Origin: Bugula neritina
Lineage: Eukaryota; Animalia; Bryozoa
Direction of reading: 5' to 3'
Assembly (NCBI GenBank): GCA_964035545.1
Contig: OZ037770.1
Coordinates: 9,616,973-9,680,972 of the forward strand
DNA: 64,000 nucleotides
Part shown: positions 27,901 through 64,000 of the stretch, one piece after another
Numbering within the stretch: the first letter of the stretch is position 1
Layout: each line of letters opens with the position of its first letter
Made by a program: the position numbers and the translations under genes
Notes under the pieces: model-generated
Database searches by the model: none
What the model was told of the DNA's origin: nothing
Seen by the model: only the letters and a program-made list of their open reading frames with translations

Positions 27901-30900
27901 TACCTAAAACTTTTGTCCATAGCAAAATGGTTTGGGAAGTCAGTTACCTAATGTGCTGCTACGCAAAAGTAATTCAAAAAATTGCTCTTTTATTCGGCTA
28001 TTGAAACAACTTGTGGGCCAAGCCAAAGTTATTGACTACAGCAATACTCATGCATCCTTAACGTAACATTAACTTTAAAAACTTAAGAATTTAAAATGTG
28101 TTCTTGTTTTTTAAAAGCTTCAATAAAAGAATAAGTCAATATGAATAGAGGTGATTACTAGGGGAAATTGGAAAAGCTTATTATACAATATTATGGAATT
28201 ATAGTATTGTTATCAAACAGTTTGTAAAGTTTATGTTTTGATGCTGAGAAACAAAAACACACTTGGTATTCACAGTAGCACTAAAGTCAATAAGATGTCC
28301 GATAAAGTTGTCATTGAAGCTTACATAATTCAAATTGTAAATTACTGAATAGTCAATGAAAACCATAAACATGCAAAAGCTTTCCGCATATTAGATTTCA
28401 AATAACAACTGTTTAGAAGATATTGTAGTAAGTACATGGGAACAGGCAGGCTGAATGTTATTTGCTACTATATTAGTAAACTATTAGTGCCACGTTAAGT
28501 AGTATATGAATATATGTGTTCAGATATTAACCTGTGTTTCAGTGTAGGCATTGCTGATAGCAAACATTTCTCACTTGTTTAAGAAACATTAGTTATCAAA
28601 TAAACCAGACTGCATAACCTTCAGAGTATTTGAATCAGCAACCTATCTAGGCTAAGATTTTACTTTAAAAACAATTTAGGCATTTTGCAATAAACTATTT
28701 TATCAACCATTAAATAAATATTAAACCAATAGGCAAAATAATAAGAAACATAAAATACAGACTTGCACCAATTATATAGCCACAAATTATAAATATAGCT
28801 TGCCTGCAGCTTTGAGTATTTCATTACCAAATCTAGTTCTACACTCTTTAAAAATATTGAATTTGAACTGCAACAAAACAACGAATAGCTGAAATTGTAT
28901 TACAAGACATGGCCTACTACATCTGTGGCTGTAGAAAAGCTCATCCTAATAGTAAAAGTCACGAATATTATTGCAATAAGTTTACTTATAGTATATGACA
29001 ATGAATACTGACTAACGTGGAGCTATTCATATCAATGATAATTGAATTTATTGTGTAGGTCAATGTGCTAACTTCAGTCGCTTTATTTCCTTATAAATTG
29101 ATCAAATGAAAAATTTTACCAACTTTTACATTTAAATTTAAACGTTTTAATTTCTGAAATAGCCAAAATGGCAAGATTTTGAATTCAAGCATTAAAACTT
29201 CTGTCCCATTACCCATCTAAAATCAAATCCTAAATAATAGTCTCAAAGTAATAGTTAGGTAACTAAAAAAGCAATTGCTACCTATAAATTTTAGTGATAT
29301 TGGGAATGCTTAAAGGCTATTGAAGTGTTACCTTGCTATGGCATAGACTGTGTCTGTAGTTTCAATAAGCAATAACTTTTACTCGAAGCTGCTATTTATA
29401 AATGATCATAAATGTATTCTTACATAATGTAGATCAGTTGATTAAATAGCTGTCAAGTATTGAATGTAATGGTAACAACTGAATAAATTTGTTTAAGTTC
29501 CTCATGACCATTGCTTTCCTGAGTAGGTCAATGGCTGACTCACAACCTAACACAAGTAATGAAACTGGCATAAGAATTGCTTAATGAATTGGCCCATCTA
29601 GATTTAGATAGACAAAACTCAAGTTGTACTAATATGAACCATTAAGTAAAAATTAGTGAATTTGAATTATTGCATGATTGCTCACCAGCCTCCTGTCTCA
29701 AATCTTACCTAGGTACAAACCACACTTAAACTAGCAAATTTATATCCATTATAAAATATTTATTATTGTGATTACAACAATTTAAATTACGTAGGAAATG
29801 TATTGTTTCCATTAACATTCATATGATGGCCCCCAAAATTATTTCAATTAGTTTTACCATTATACTAATAGTTATACTAATTAATGAAGTATATTAGTAG
29901 GTAATACTAATAGTAAAAGTACTACTAATAATAATACTATTATAATTAGCGTTAGTATAAATACATAAGTATTAATAATATTTATAGTACTAGCATTAAT
30001 AGTTATTTAGTCTCACAGTAACAAATCACTGATAAGAAAAGTAAAAACTAATAACTAATGAGTAATATTAATACTAACAGTTATACTTATTGTATAGTAT
30101 TGGCAATGGTAATAGTACAACTAAAAGTAAAAAAACGTTGCAGTATTTATAGCTTTGCCCACAGACTAGATAGATAGAGTTATAAATCATACTCTAAGTC
30201 TATAGGAAGGGGGGGAGGGTACTGAAACTGCAAGTGTAAGTCTGTAAGTGTAACTGCAACTGTAAAGACTTATTCAACTGAGTTAAATTTAGTGTTACTC
30301 TTACATACTAAGATGGTGAGTGACTGTAAGTGTAACAGTGACTGTAGGTGTTAGTGAAACACTAACAGTAACACTCTGAAGCCTCCTAATTCTTACTCTT
30401 ACTCTTAGCCTCAGGAGCAATTATTATTGAATATGAATAACCACAAATGATAATATTAATCATTTAATGGTAATCAGATTTAATAATCACTCAATAATTA
30501 TCAATAACCATAACCATAATTATCATCATAAATACATTAAATCCAACCTCATCATTATGATTACGATAATCACAATGTTTGATAAAATTTAATGAACTAA
30601 AATAAAAATTAAGTTAAACTTTAATATATTACCTTTGAAACGCTAACACCATCACCATGATCATGATAATGATCATGTTCAGTTTAACATAACAGTTTAT
30701 ATTAATACTAATGGTAATACTAATAGCAATAGTAATAGACTAATAGTAGTACTAATACTAATACCAATGCTAATACTAATAGTAACACTAATACTAATAC
30801 TAATAGTTATACTTATAGTTATAGTGATAAAAATATAACATAATTTATTGATGTTGATAATTATATGGTTATACTTATAGTTATTGTTATACCTACTGTA

Positions 30901-31565
30901 AGTCTTTATATATGACGCTGGCTCTTTAATTTTTTAATTAAGTTCAAGATAACGTTTTTAGATTTTCAAATACTAGTGGGCGTAGTACTAGATCTACTCA
31001 CTGTAGTAAATTCAATATTGAATGCAGTTGTTGGTATAGTTTAAGTTAATGTTATCGGAAATGCAATCATTAACAAGAATTGAATCTACTGGCAACGCTG
31101 ATTGACATTTATTACGCGAAACATAATAATGGAGTTATCTCCCTCTGACAAAATGTGCATTGATGGGTCTAGAAGCTAACAATTCAAAGATAAAGGCGTG
31201 GCTCCATAAAATATCAAAATTCGTTAGTAACAATAAAAATAACATATTGAATTATTTTTTTAACTAAAAACATAGGAAACAACGTTTTATTATACTGGTT
31301 CAATTGTTTCAACATTTTTACTGTAATTCACCAAAAGAAACGGTCACTAGAGATAGCTCCGCCTCTTGAAATACTGCAGCTGTACCGACGGCTGGGCTGA
31401 AAAATGCACTTTAGAACAAAAAGTAGCAAAACGATCACTAGAAACTGCTCTCTTGTGCTTAGAAACCTTAAATAGGCTTCACATCCGGTTTGTCCGTGGC
31501 AATTTAAAAAAACAAGTCATTTCTTTCAAATTCTACTGTTGTAATTTTTATGTAATTGCTAAAGC

Positions 31566-34500
31566 ATGATTAGCTTTTTGAGCAAACTAAAAATAAATAT
31601 CATTTTGCCATTTGTTAGTCTTCTTTGTTGCATCGTTGTCAACTGTCAAGAACAGTGCCAAACGTATGCTGGGGGTTATGTTTATCCACAAGAGTTGAGG
31701 CCAGCTTCGGGACACAAGATTCAATGGAGCAAAGCTTTAAGTAAGTCCTTTCCCAGCATTGTTCGTTACTATTGGATATTTTTGCTTGGGTTTAGCTAAT
31801 TAAATTTTGCTGTAAATTGAGACTGGGTTACTGCAGGACTATCACATTTACTATCATGACTATTACATTTACTCGCGCACTATGACTATGATCTTGATAC
31901 TGATACTGATAGTGATACTGATACTGATAGTGATAGTATAACTTATTAACTATAACTAGTATAACTAATACTTTAGTAATACTAATAGTAATACTAATAG
32001 TAATAAATTAATAATATTTATACTTATAGTATAGTAAAATTAAACAGTAAATATAGTAGTAATACTATCTTTAGTGCTCTTAGCAATCTCACGTCTAGCC
32101 TTTTTTCTGAGATCGGTGTGGTAGTTAAGAATAAGTGTATGCAGGCTCATTCTGCAATGGTAAGTAAATTACAGAATGTGTAGCTAAAACATGACGAGTT
32201 CAGTTCATAGCTTAGATTTAATCACTTGTAAATACTTGAAGTCTATATCTCTTTTCGTTTGAGTAGTCTTGACATTCAAATACAATTTTCTCTTACTTAA
32301 CGCAGCATCAAAACTTCAGTAAACTGGGAAAAAAGTTCAGCAAATTATAAATTTATGCAAAAAGTTGCTCCACTTTTGTAATGTTTGTGGAATTTGAAAT
32401 TTTTCTGAATGTGTAGCTTATACAAAGTTATTTGTATTTTACCCTGTGTTTAGTTTTCAGTTAATGCTGTAGATGCGATGCGATAGAATGAGGTGTTGCT
32501 GTAGACTTGCTGAAATTGTCTTCTCAATACATTTCAGTTTCCAAACCAGCTCCAGATTTTGAGGGCACAGCTGTTATAAATGGTGATTTCAAGGACATCA
32601 AACTATCTGACTTCAAGGGGAAATATCTTGTTCTGTTTTTCTATCCCTTAGATTTGTAAGTGCAGTTGTTTTATAACTTATAACTATGCCTAGTTGTTGT
32701 GCAACATATTTTGCTTGTAAACTACGTTAAATTGCTAGTCTTCTGGATATTAAATCAGTTATTGTTGTGCCTCAAAGCCTTGGCTGTTGATTAGATTGTG
32801 CTGTTCCTTTGTAAGTTTGAATTGAATTTACGATTGTACTATTTTATCAAATTTTGATTATCAAGCTTATGTTATTGGATTTTTTTTCAGCACATTTGTA
32901 TGTCCAACAGAAATCATTGCCTTCAGTGATAGAGTGGAAGAGTTTAAAGCAATAAATACAGATGTAGTGGCTGTCTCTGTTGACTCACACTTTACCCACC
33001 TGGCGTGGTAAGTTCTCACGCTATTCTCTGTCATAATATCAGGTCATTGTGTAGTGGAGTGGAACAACTGATTACATCATCTTGTCATGACTCTCCTCAA
33101 ATTTTGTAAAAATGTAAGTAAGTTGTAAGTAAGTATAAGAGTTTGTAAGTATGTAAAAATGTGTCTTCCTTCCCATCATTGCAATGCTTCAGTGCTGTTT
33201 AGGATGAACACCCCAAGGGCTCAGGGTGGCCTGGGGAAGATAAAAATACCTCTACTCTCAGATCTCACTCATAAAATATCCAAAGACTATGGAGTTCTGT
33301 TAGAAGACGCTGGCCATACACTAAGGTATGGGTTCTGTGTTGAGTAACTGTTGGGATATACACAGTGTTCAAGCCAATGGTCAATTCAACATTCTGTCGC
33401 TTGAGAGATACTGTGTAGTGATTTAGTCATTCTGTTCGATGAATGAATCAGGTTATAATTTCTCTAAATGTGTTGAGAGATTTGTCAGTATTGTGTACTA
33501 GTATATTTCCTTGTAGTGTATTTGGCATTCTGTTTCTATCACATTGTATAACTTCTATAGTTTGTCATTAATATAAAAAAATCATGGTATTATTACAAAG
33601 TAATACACTCTGGGCTTTATTAATGTCTGTGTACATGCCCTCCCTTGGTTTTGAAGTTATTGCATGAGTTTATATACACTTATTTTATCATGGGGTAGCT
33701 GTTTGATGTTTCGACTGAAAATCTGTTTAATGTTGGCAATTCGTTTACTGTATGCATTAATATAAGAAAGCTTCATACGGGCAGGCATCAGACACTTGTA
33801 CTTGAACAGTTTTGAAATAAAGTTATTTGCATTATGCTGTACCAATTTTATGTTCAGTATTAGTAGCAGTAGTACTATTTCATTTTGTTACATTGAATGC
33901 TAGTACTATGTTATACTGAGTAGTAGTACTGTGTTATACTGAGTAGTAGTACTATGTTATACTGAGTAGTAGTACTATGTTATACTGAGTAGTACTATGT
34001 TATACTGAGTAGCACTATGTTATACTGAGTAGTACTACTATGTTATACTGAGTAGTACTACTATGTTATACTGAGTAGTACTACTATGTTATACTGAGTA
34101 GTGCTACTATGTTATACTGAGTAGTACTATGTTATACTGAGTAGTAGTACTATGTTAAATACTACTGAGTAGTAATACTATGTTATACTGAGTAGTAGTA
34201 CTATGTTAAATACTACTGAGTAGTAATATTCGGATATGATTTTTAGAGGTCTGTTCATTATCGATGAAAAGTCTACACTCAGGCAAATCACCATGAATGA
34301 TTTACCAGTTGGAAGGTTCGTACAATATTTTGTATCATGAGTGTGTACCATTTCCTTTACCTAACGAAAATGTGTTTAACAACTAACTTAATAAACCGTA
34401 TAAAGTAGAAGGCTGTTGTGACATTAACAAATAATGTGGGTGAAGTGGTGAAATATGGTAATATATATAGAGCATTTGCAATCATATTTTTGCCATTAAT

Positions 34501-34713
34501 ATGGCTATTTTCAGCTTGCAATTTAGGAGATTCTGCATGCTTTTTGTCTCTAGGTCTGTGGATGAGACTCTACGTTTGGTGCAAGCCTTCCAGTACACAG
34601 ATAAACATGGTGAGGTGTGCCCAGCAGGCTGGAAGCCCGGTCAAGACACCATCATACCAAACCCCAAAGATAAGCTCAACTATTTCACCAAACATGCTGA
34701 TGAAGACCTGTAA
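31566..34713 (+). CDS. PRDX4: Peroxiredoxin-4 (typical 2-Cys Prx with signal peptide), 6 exons
   Basis: Exons 31566-31740, 32538-32655, 32891-33007, 33203-33325, 34247-34315, 34554-34713, all GT-AG and in frame. Hydrophobic leader and Prx4-type [13 protein letters not shown]; FYPLDFTFVCPTE (peroxidatic Cys); GGLG; [12 protein letters not shown] (resolving Cys); YF motif. Confidence 0.96.
33900..34228. repeat. 20-26 bp minisatellite in PRDX4 intron 4
   Basis: About 14 units of TACTATGTTATACTGAGTAG with variable extra TAG/TAC triplets. Confidence 0.92.
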
Positions 34714-37700
34714 ACACATCTCTTCCACTTTTCCTTCTGTCTGGCTCTCTAAACACACCACAGGCTGAAAGCATTTAGGCTAGCATAAGTTTTACATCCT
34801 GTTTCTATATTGATCTTATTAGCAGGGGAGACAACGTTTAATAATGCTAGATAGCTAACATTCCATCACTTTTCTCCTTTAAATACATCAGCTGAAGCTT
34901 CAATATTTGACCGACAGTTTCTTGTCTCTTAGATTTGCCAACCCATAAATATGATTGGCTGTATGAGTTTTGTTGATATCAGCCCTGTGAATGTTTTTAG
35001 TGTTTTTGTTTCAATTTTTTTAAAATGAATTCAGATTGAATTAAGGCTATCTAAGAACTTGGGCTATGACCAAATAAGGATTGTGTTTTTTCAAACTAAA
35101 TAACCATCTATAATGAAGCATGATATGCTAGTTATGCTTCCTGCCTGTGGTGTGGTTTAGAGATGCCACTTTCACTTGTGGTTCAAATTGGGACAATGTC
35201 TCGGATATTTTTATGCTACTCAATTTTCTGACTTAGTGTTCCATACTTAATGGAAAATCTGCTCTTAATACATAACATGTAGTTTCTGTTATTTGTTTTC
35301 AACTCATGTTTAGAAAAACTGTTCAGCTGATATTAGCCTGTCTTCAGCTAGTTTCAGTGTTACCTGTTTGGTCTTATGTCTGTTTAGATCTGTCATCTAT
35401 GCGTAGTATAAAATAAACCATATTAAATGTATTTTACTTTTCTCATTTTTTTTAATGGTTTTGGGTTGAAGTATGCATTGACAATAACATATCAATGTTG
35501 GAACAGTCAGCTAACAGATATTATGTTGTAATAGTTAGTCAGCAAACTGAGTAGCACTATAGTCAGCTATAGTCAGATAGGTGTCAGTGAACAGCTAGCA
35601 AATATATGCCACAGTTATGCTCTGTTGACCCGTAACCTAATATGTAGCAGTCATAATACTCTGGCATAAGATTACACAAAGCATTCTTTTTGTTTTTATA
35701 GTAATGATGTACATATATGTACACGCGCGCACACACACATATTATATATTGCACACTTGTAATAGCCCTAAGATCGTAAATAATGAGGAAATGAGAGCAA
35801 ATTATAGATATATTATGTAAACTTTTTGTATTCATATAAGAAAGAAAAATGGTTTGATACCACATTATCAGCCTATGTGGAAAAAAATGAGTGAACATCT
35901 ACCATTTGGCACTTCATCGTAGCATTGTATAAATGCTAAGTTTGAGAAAACTACACCTTGCAAGAGTGATGACAATGGCACACATGCTTTTCAGTAACGT
36001 AGTAGCCACAGCACTGCAGTACGCTGGGCACAGTTTATGTAAGGGTACCATGGTTCCACACAGTTGACAAAGCAGGGTGTCACAGAAGCAGTTCTTCATA
36101 GCACCACTGACCATCACAGTCACCAGAAATAACGATAAAATAATAGCTATATAATCCAAACACATAATATGAAGCCCTAGCTGTTTAGTGTATACTACAT
36201 TTGCTACCTATATATTTGATTGCATGATTTATTATAATTTTGCACTATAAACTCAGATTTTGTGCCAAGTTACAACTCCTAATAAAATTTATATAAGACA
36301 AATGCTGTGAATGTTAACTCCGTGCTTTAAATCCTAAGATTAATGTAAATGACATGCTCCTGTGGAAAGCAGAGTTATAGGTAGCATTCCCTTCTGTTAA
36401 ATGTATGTTATCTGTATCAAGATATTGTGTTGTCTCATAAAATATAAACATGTATCTATATACATTTAAGCCAATAAATATATGCACCATCACAGTGAAT
36501 TGAAAATATTGTAGAGTCTATAAATTTAGACCCAAGAACAGAACTGTTATAATAACACGTATTATCCGTTAGTATTAGTTACTAATGATGGAAATTAACA
36601 AAAACTTACAGGGCTCAAGATGTTGACTTTAAACATAATTAATAAGCTGTTTAAAGCTACTGATGATAATTACTTTGAAATCCTTTATACTGAAGCTATT
36701 TTACCCTATCAAGCAAGCTATTCCTTCCCATGAAATTAATGAATCACTGTTCACTGGATATGCAACTAAGAAGGATTCGGCTTATATTATACCTCGTATC
36801 TGTATCTGTAAGAAGTAGATTCTGCAGCGGATTCCGTAGGACCATCGTGCAAGCCTCAGAGATCAACGAGTTACTATAACGGCAACCAGCAAATTATACC
36901 TATATACTTCTTTTTCTTAAATTTTTTTGATGTATAAAGTAAAATAAAATGTATTGATGTAGAAATTTTTTTGTTTTGTGGTCGCTTTATGTTACGTGAA
37001 CTACATTAGATCCAAATGCGGGAAAATCCAATGCAGGAGTGACTTACCACACACTAAGCATTGTCAGTGGGAGCAAATTTGCTATAGCTGTAAGATATGC
37101 CTGTGTTTAACTTTACTGCTAGCCTACAGGGTTTTTTTCTATAGCTAAGACTTCCGCCTTGTAGCGAGATGACTTTAATGTAAGTGCAGGAAGGAAAAAA
37201 GATTATTAGATAGAAAGTAAAAGTTTGAACTTGAAACTCAAAAAGTGTGCTATGGCTGAATGGTGATCAATAAATCAATAAATCAAATTAGCATCCTAAT
37301 TCAATGTTATTGAAAGCCTAGCATTACTGTAATGAGCTTGATAATTGGAATTTTTGTATTCATTGTCATAGTTACTTACTCTGCACATATATTATGCAGT
37401 TACTTTATGGACATAACTATTGGTGTCAGACTCAGTGAGGTAAAAAGGTCCATTATAACTGGTGTAAAGCAACAATAGAACAATATACTACTTCAGTAAA
37501 CAGATAAAAAGTATAACAATTATTGGTCCTGCTGAAAATATTTTGTTAACAGTTACTTTAAAAATAATAGGGGGTAAAGATCAATATATCTAGCTTTTTG
37601 TACCTTATTCTTTTGTAGGAAGAAGTAGCATCAAAATATCATTGTATTATACGTATATTATTTGGATATTTTTAAGCTAAAAGCTTAGGTATAGGCTATA

Positions 37701-39159
37701 TGAAAATATACAATGTTGTTTTTATCGGTACCTACAACAGAAAATGTTTTAATAGACTATCTTCAGCTTCCCGTTACAAAAACGATCTACTGATAATTCA
37801 CCTCAAGTTAGTTTAGTGAATAGTTTTTGAAACCACGCTTAGTGGTGCGTGAAATACAAACCAAATCAATCATTCTTATTTTATAGAGTGCCATGAAGCA
37901 TATCACGCTGCAGCTCAAGATTTAGAGCAAAGTTGCTTTGAAAGAGTTAGCTAGTGCATGTAATGACTTAAGAACAACATTCCATCTCAAGACATTAGTA
38001 AGGTGAGTAGTAAAAATCTCTATTTATCTACAAGCGGCTTCACTCCCTGTGACTACCTACACGTAGGCCTATATATTATTATTTCATACTACAATGTAAC
38101 TACATGTGCAAAAAACTAGCACTTTGAACACTGTTATATTTCGTTGAATTGAATGTTGAAAAATGAGTATTTCAATTCTCTTATATATTTAACTGGAAGA
38201 TTTACCTGGAAGTCATCGATTTTAGAAATTGACTAAAAATGCAGAAATCAGCATTGACATTGACTCTTATACGAATTCACTGCAGTGTCTAATAATTTGC
38301 CGCAAAACCAAAGATATGCAGCATGCAGCCTAAAAAGTTCAGTGACTACTTTACCAAAATAGATGATGATTTCATCAGGAATACATTCAATCTGTTTCTT
38401 TTGAAACAAACAAACCACATTAATTAAATGTTTTGACTCCATTTTTATAACAACTTGTACAGAACTGCTCCAATGATAATACTGAGATAGAACTAGAGTA
38501 TGTTGTACTCTATTGTGTGTAATTTCAACAAGCAGTAAAATAAACGTGAGCTAAAGTAGAAACAAATTGAAAAAATAGACCTATAATGAAAGTCACGTGC
38601 CACCTATCTGGCACAGTATTAAGCCTAGAAATTTGAGGAACAATTTTTGTTTGTATAAAAGCCATAATTAAAGTTGATTAACTTATAACTGGTTTATAAT
38701 ATCACAATTAAACTCATCATGAAGCTCACATTACCTGATAGACAAGTTTATTCAGATATTTCTAACTCAGAATGCTCATGTACAATGCACACTTTAGCCA
38801 ATTGTTTCCAGCTGACTATAGTCATAAAGAAATGACAATTGGCTGTAGTAGTATTTTGAAATGTCAGTGCAGCTGCTCATCCCTCGTGTGTCAAAGCCAG
38901 GCTTCTTTAGAAATTTAGCGCATGCATTTAGGCAGTTGGGTCATTTTACTTATTTTAGTACACACTAAAAATCTTCAGATTTTAGCTATTTTTTACAATT
39001 TAGCTGCTAATGAACATGGGTTTTTGCCCAAAATTAGTAAAATATGAATGAACGCACCTAAATCAAGGTTCTTCTTAATTTTGCTTGATTTCCCATGTTT
39101 TTTTCTAATTATTCAGCTACTTTTGATTTTGGAGAGTTATGGTTTTTTCATAACACAGG

Positions 39160-39322
39160 ATAAAAAGACTTTTTTCAAAGCTGGCTAAGGACTTATTCAA
39201 ATGTGGCACAGGAGCAATTATGACTGGATGCTCTTTATAACATCACCAATGGCCTTTACCGGGAGTGTTGTTGTGTTTAATTTAGGTTAACACTCCAACG
39301 CGTAGGCCATGGCTGCTTCCTT
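39160..39322 (-). mobile_element. tRNA-derived SINE, copy 3 (diverged/partial)
   Basis: GGCTAAGGACTTATT...GGCACAGGAGCAATTATGACTGGATGCTCTT...AACATCACCAATGGCCTTT shared with copies 1-2. Confidence 0.75.
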
Positions 39323-39661
39323 AAACATAGCTACATCTGAACAGCAGTAAATGTGAAGTTTTATTAGGTTTAATAAAAAAATGCTGACAATTATGCACTT
39401 ACCATAGCAGTTCTGTGGTAGAGTATCTAATTCACTATCCTATCATGAAGCATTGTTCTATTCATAGATCATCATAGAATCAGTTCATAATCTCTGTTTA
39501 TACTTCAGGGACAATGCAAATTTTTTGACAGATATTTATATTTTCTATTTAACAAATTAGCTTTTATAACTTTTGTTTAATTAGCTGCTTTATAAAAGAC
39601 ACTTGTGACATTTATTTAACAAATATACCTAGATATGACTTATTCAACAGTAAGAAAATGA

Positions 39662-64000
<24,339 letters not shown>

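Noticed and set aside
33900-34228. CRISPR-like appearance of the tandem arrays (also 1-81 and 19975-20220)
   Set aside because: No unique spacers, no cas genes, eukaryotic intronic context.
37887-38002. AG/GT-bounded block upstream of the ABCC start as a coding exon
   Set aside because: Its ATG frame closes after 10 codons and I saw no ABCC similarity; at most a 5' UTR exon.

Overview
AT-rich, intron-containing invertebrate (metazoan) genomic DNA with four host genes. (1) The 5' part of a PAIP1 (PABP-interacting protein 1) gene, minus strand, running off the left edge. (2) A ~23-exon CAMTA gene (CG-1/TIG/ankyrin/IQ), minus strand, 4635-21910. (3) A six-exon secretory-type peroxiredoxin-4, plus strand, 31566-34713. 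(4) A short-type ABCC (MRP5/ABCC5-like) transporter, plus strand, from 39662 to beyond the right edge. Introns hold a tRNA-derived SINE family (5 copies), hAT and Harbinger-type MITEs, a foldback-like repeat family and mini/microsatellites. The most striking object is a 5190-bp Academ (AcademX-type: DDE transposase + XPG/FEN1 nuclease + Cys-rich finger) DNA transposon at 56273-61462. It has TAG...CTA ends and a 3-bp TTA duplication, and is inserted in a TMD2 coding exon of the ABCC gene. Its ~1.19-kb near-identical inverted arms are not ordinary TIRs: the left arm is an inverted copy of the element's whole right end, including the transposase C-terminus, and it replaces the 5' end. This two-right-ends foldback lies inside a host transcription unit and is structurally analogous to maize Mu killer (a hairpin small-RNA silencer); that function is inference. 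The same ABCC exon carries an in-frame TGA, whereas every other exon I could read is intact. Exon boundaries were read by eye and may be off by a few bases.
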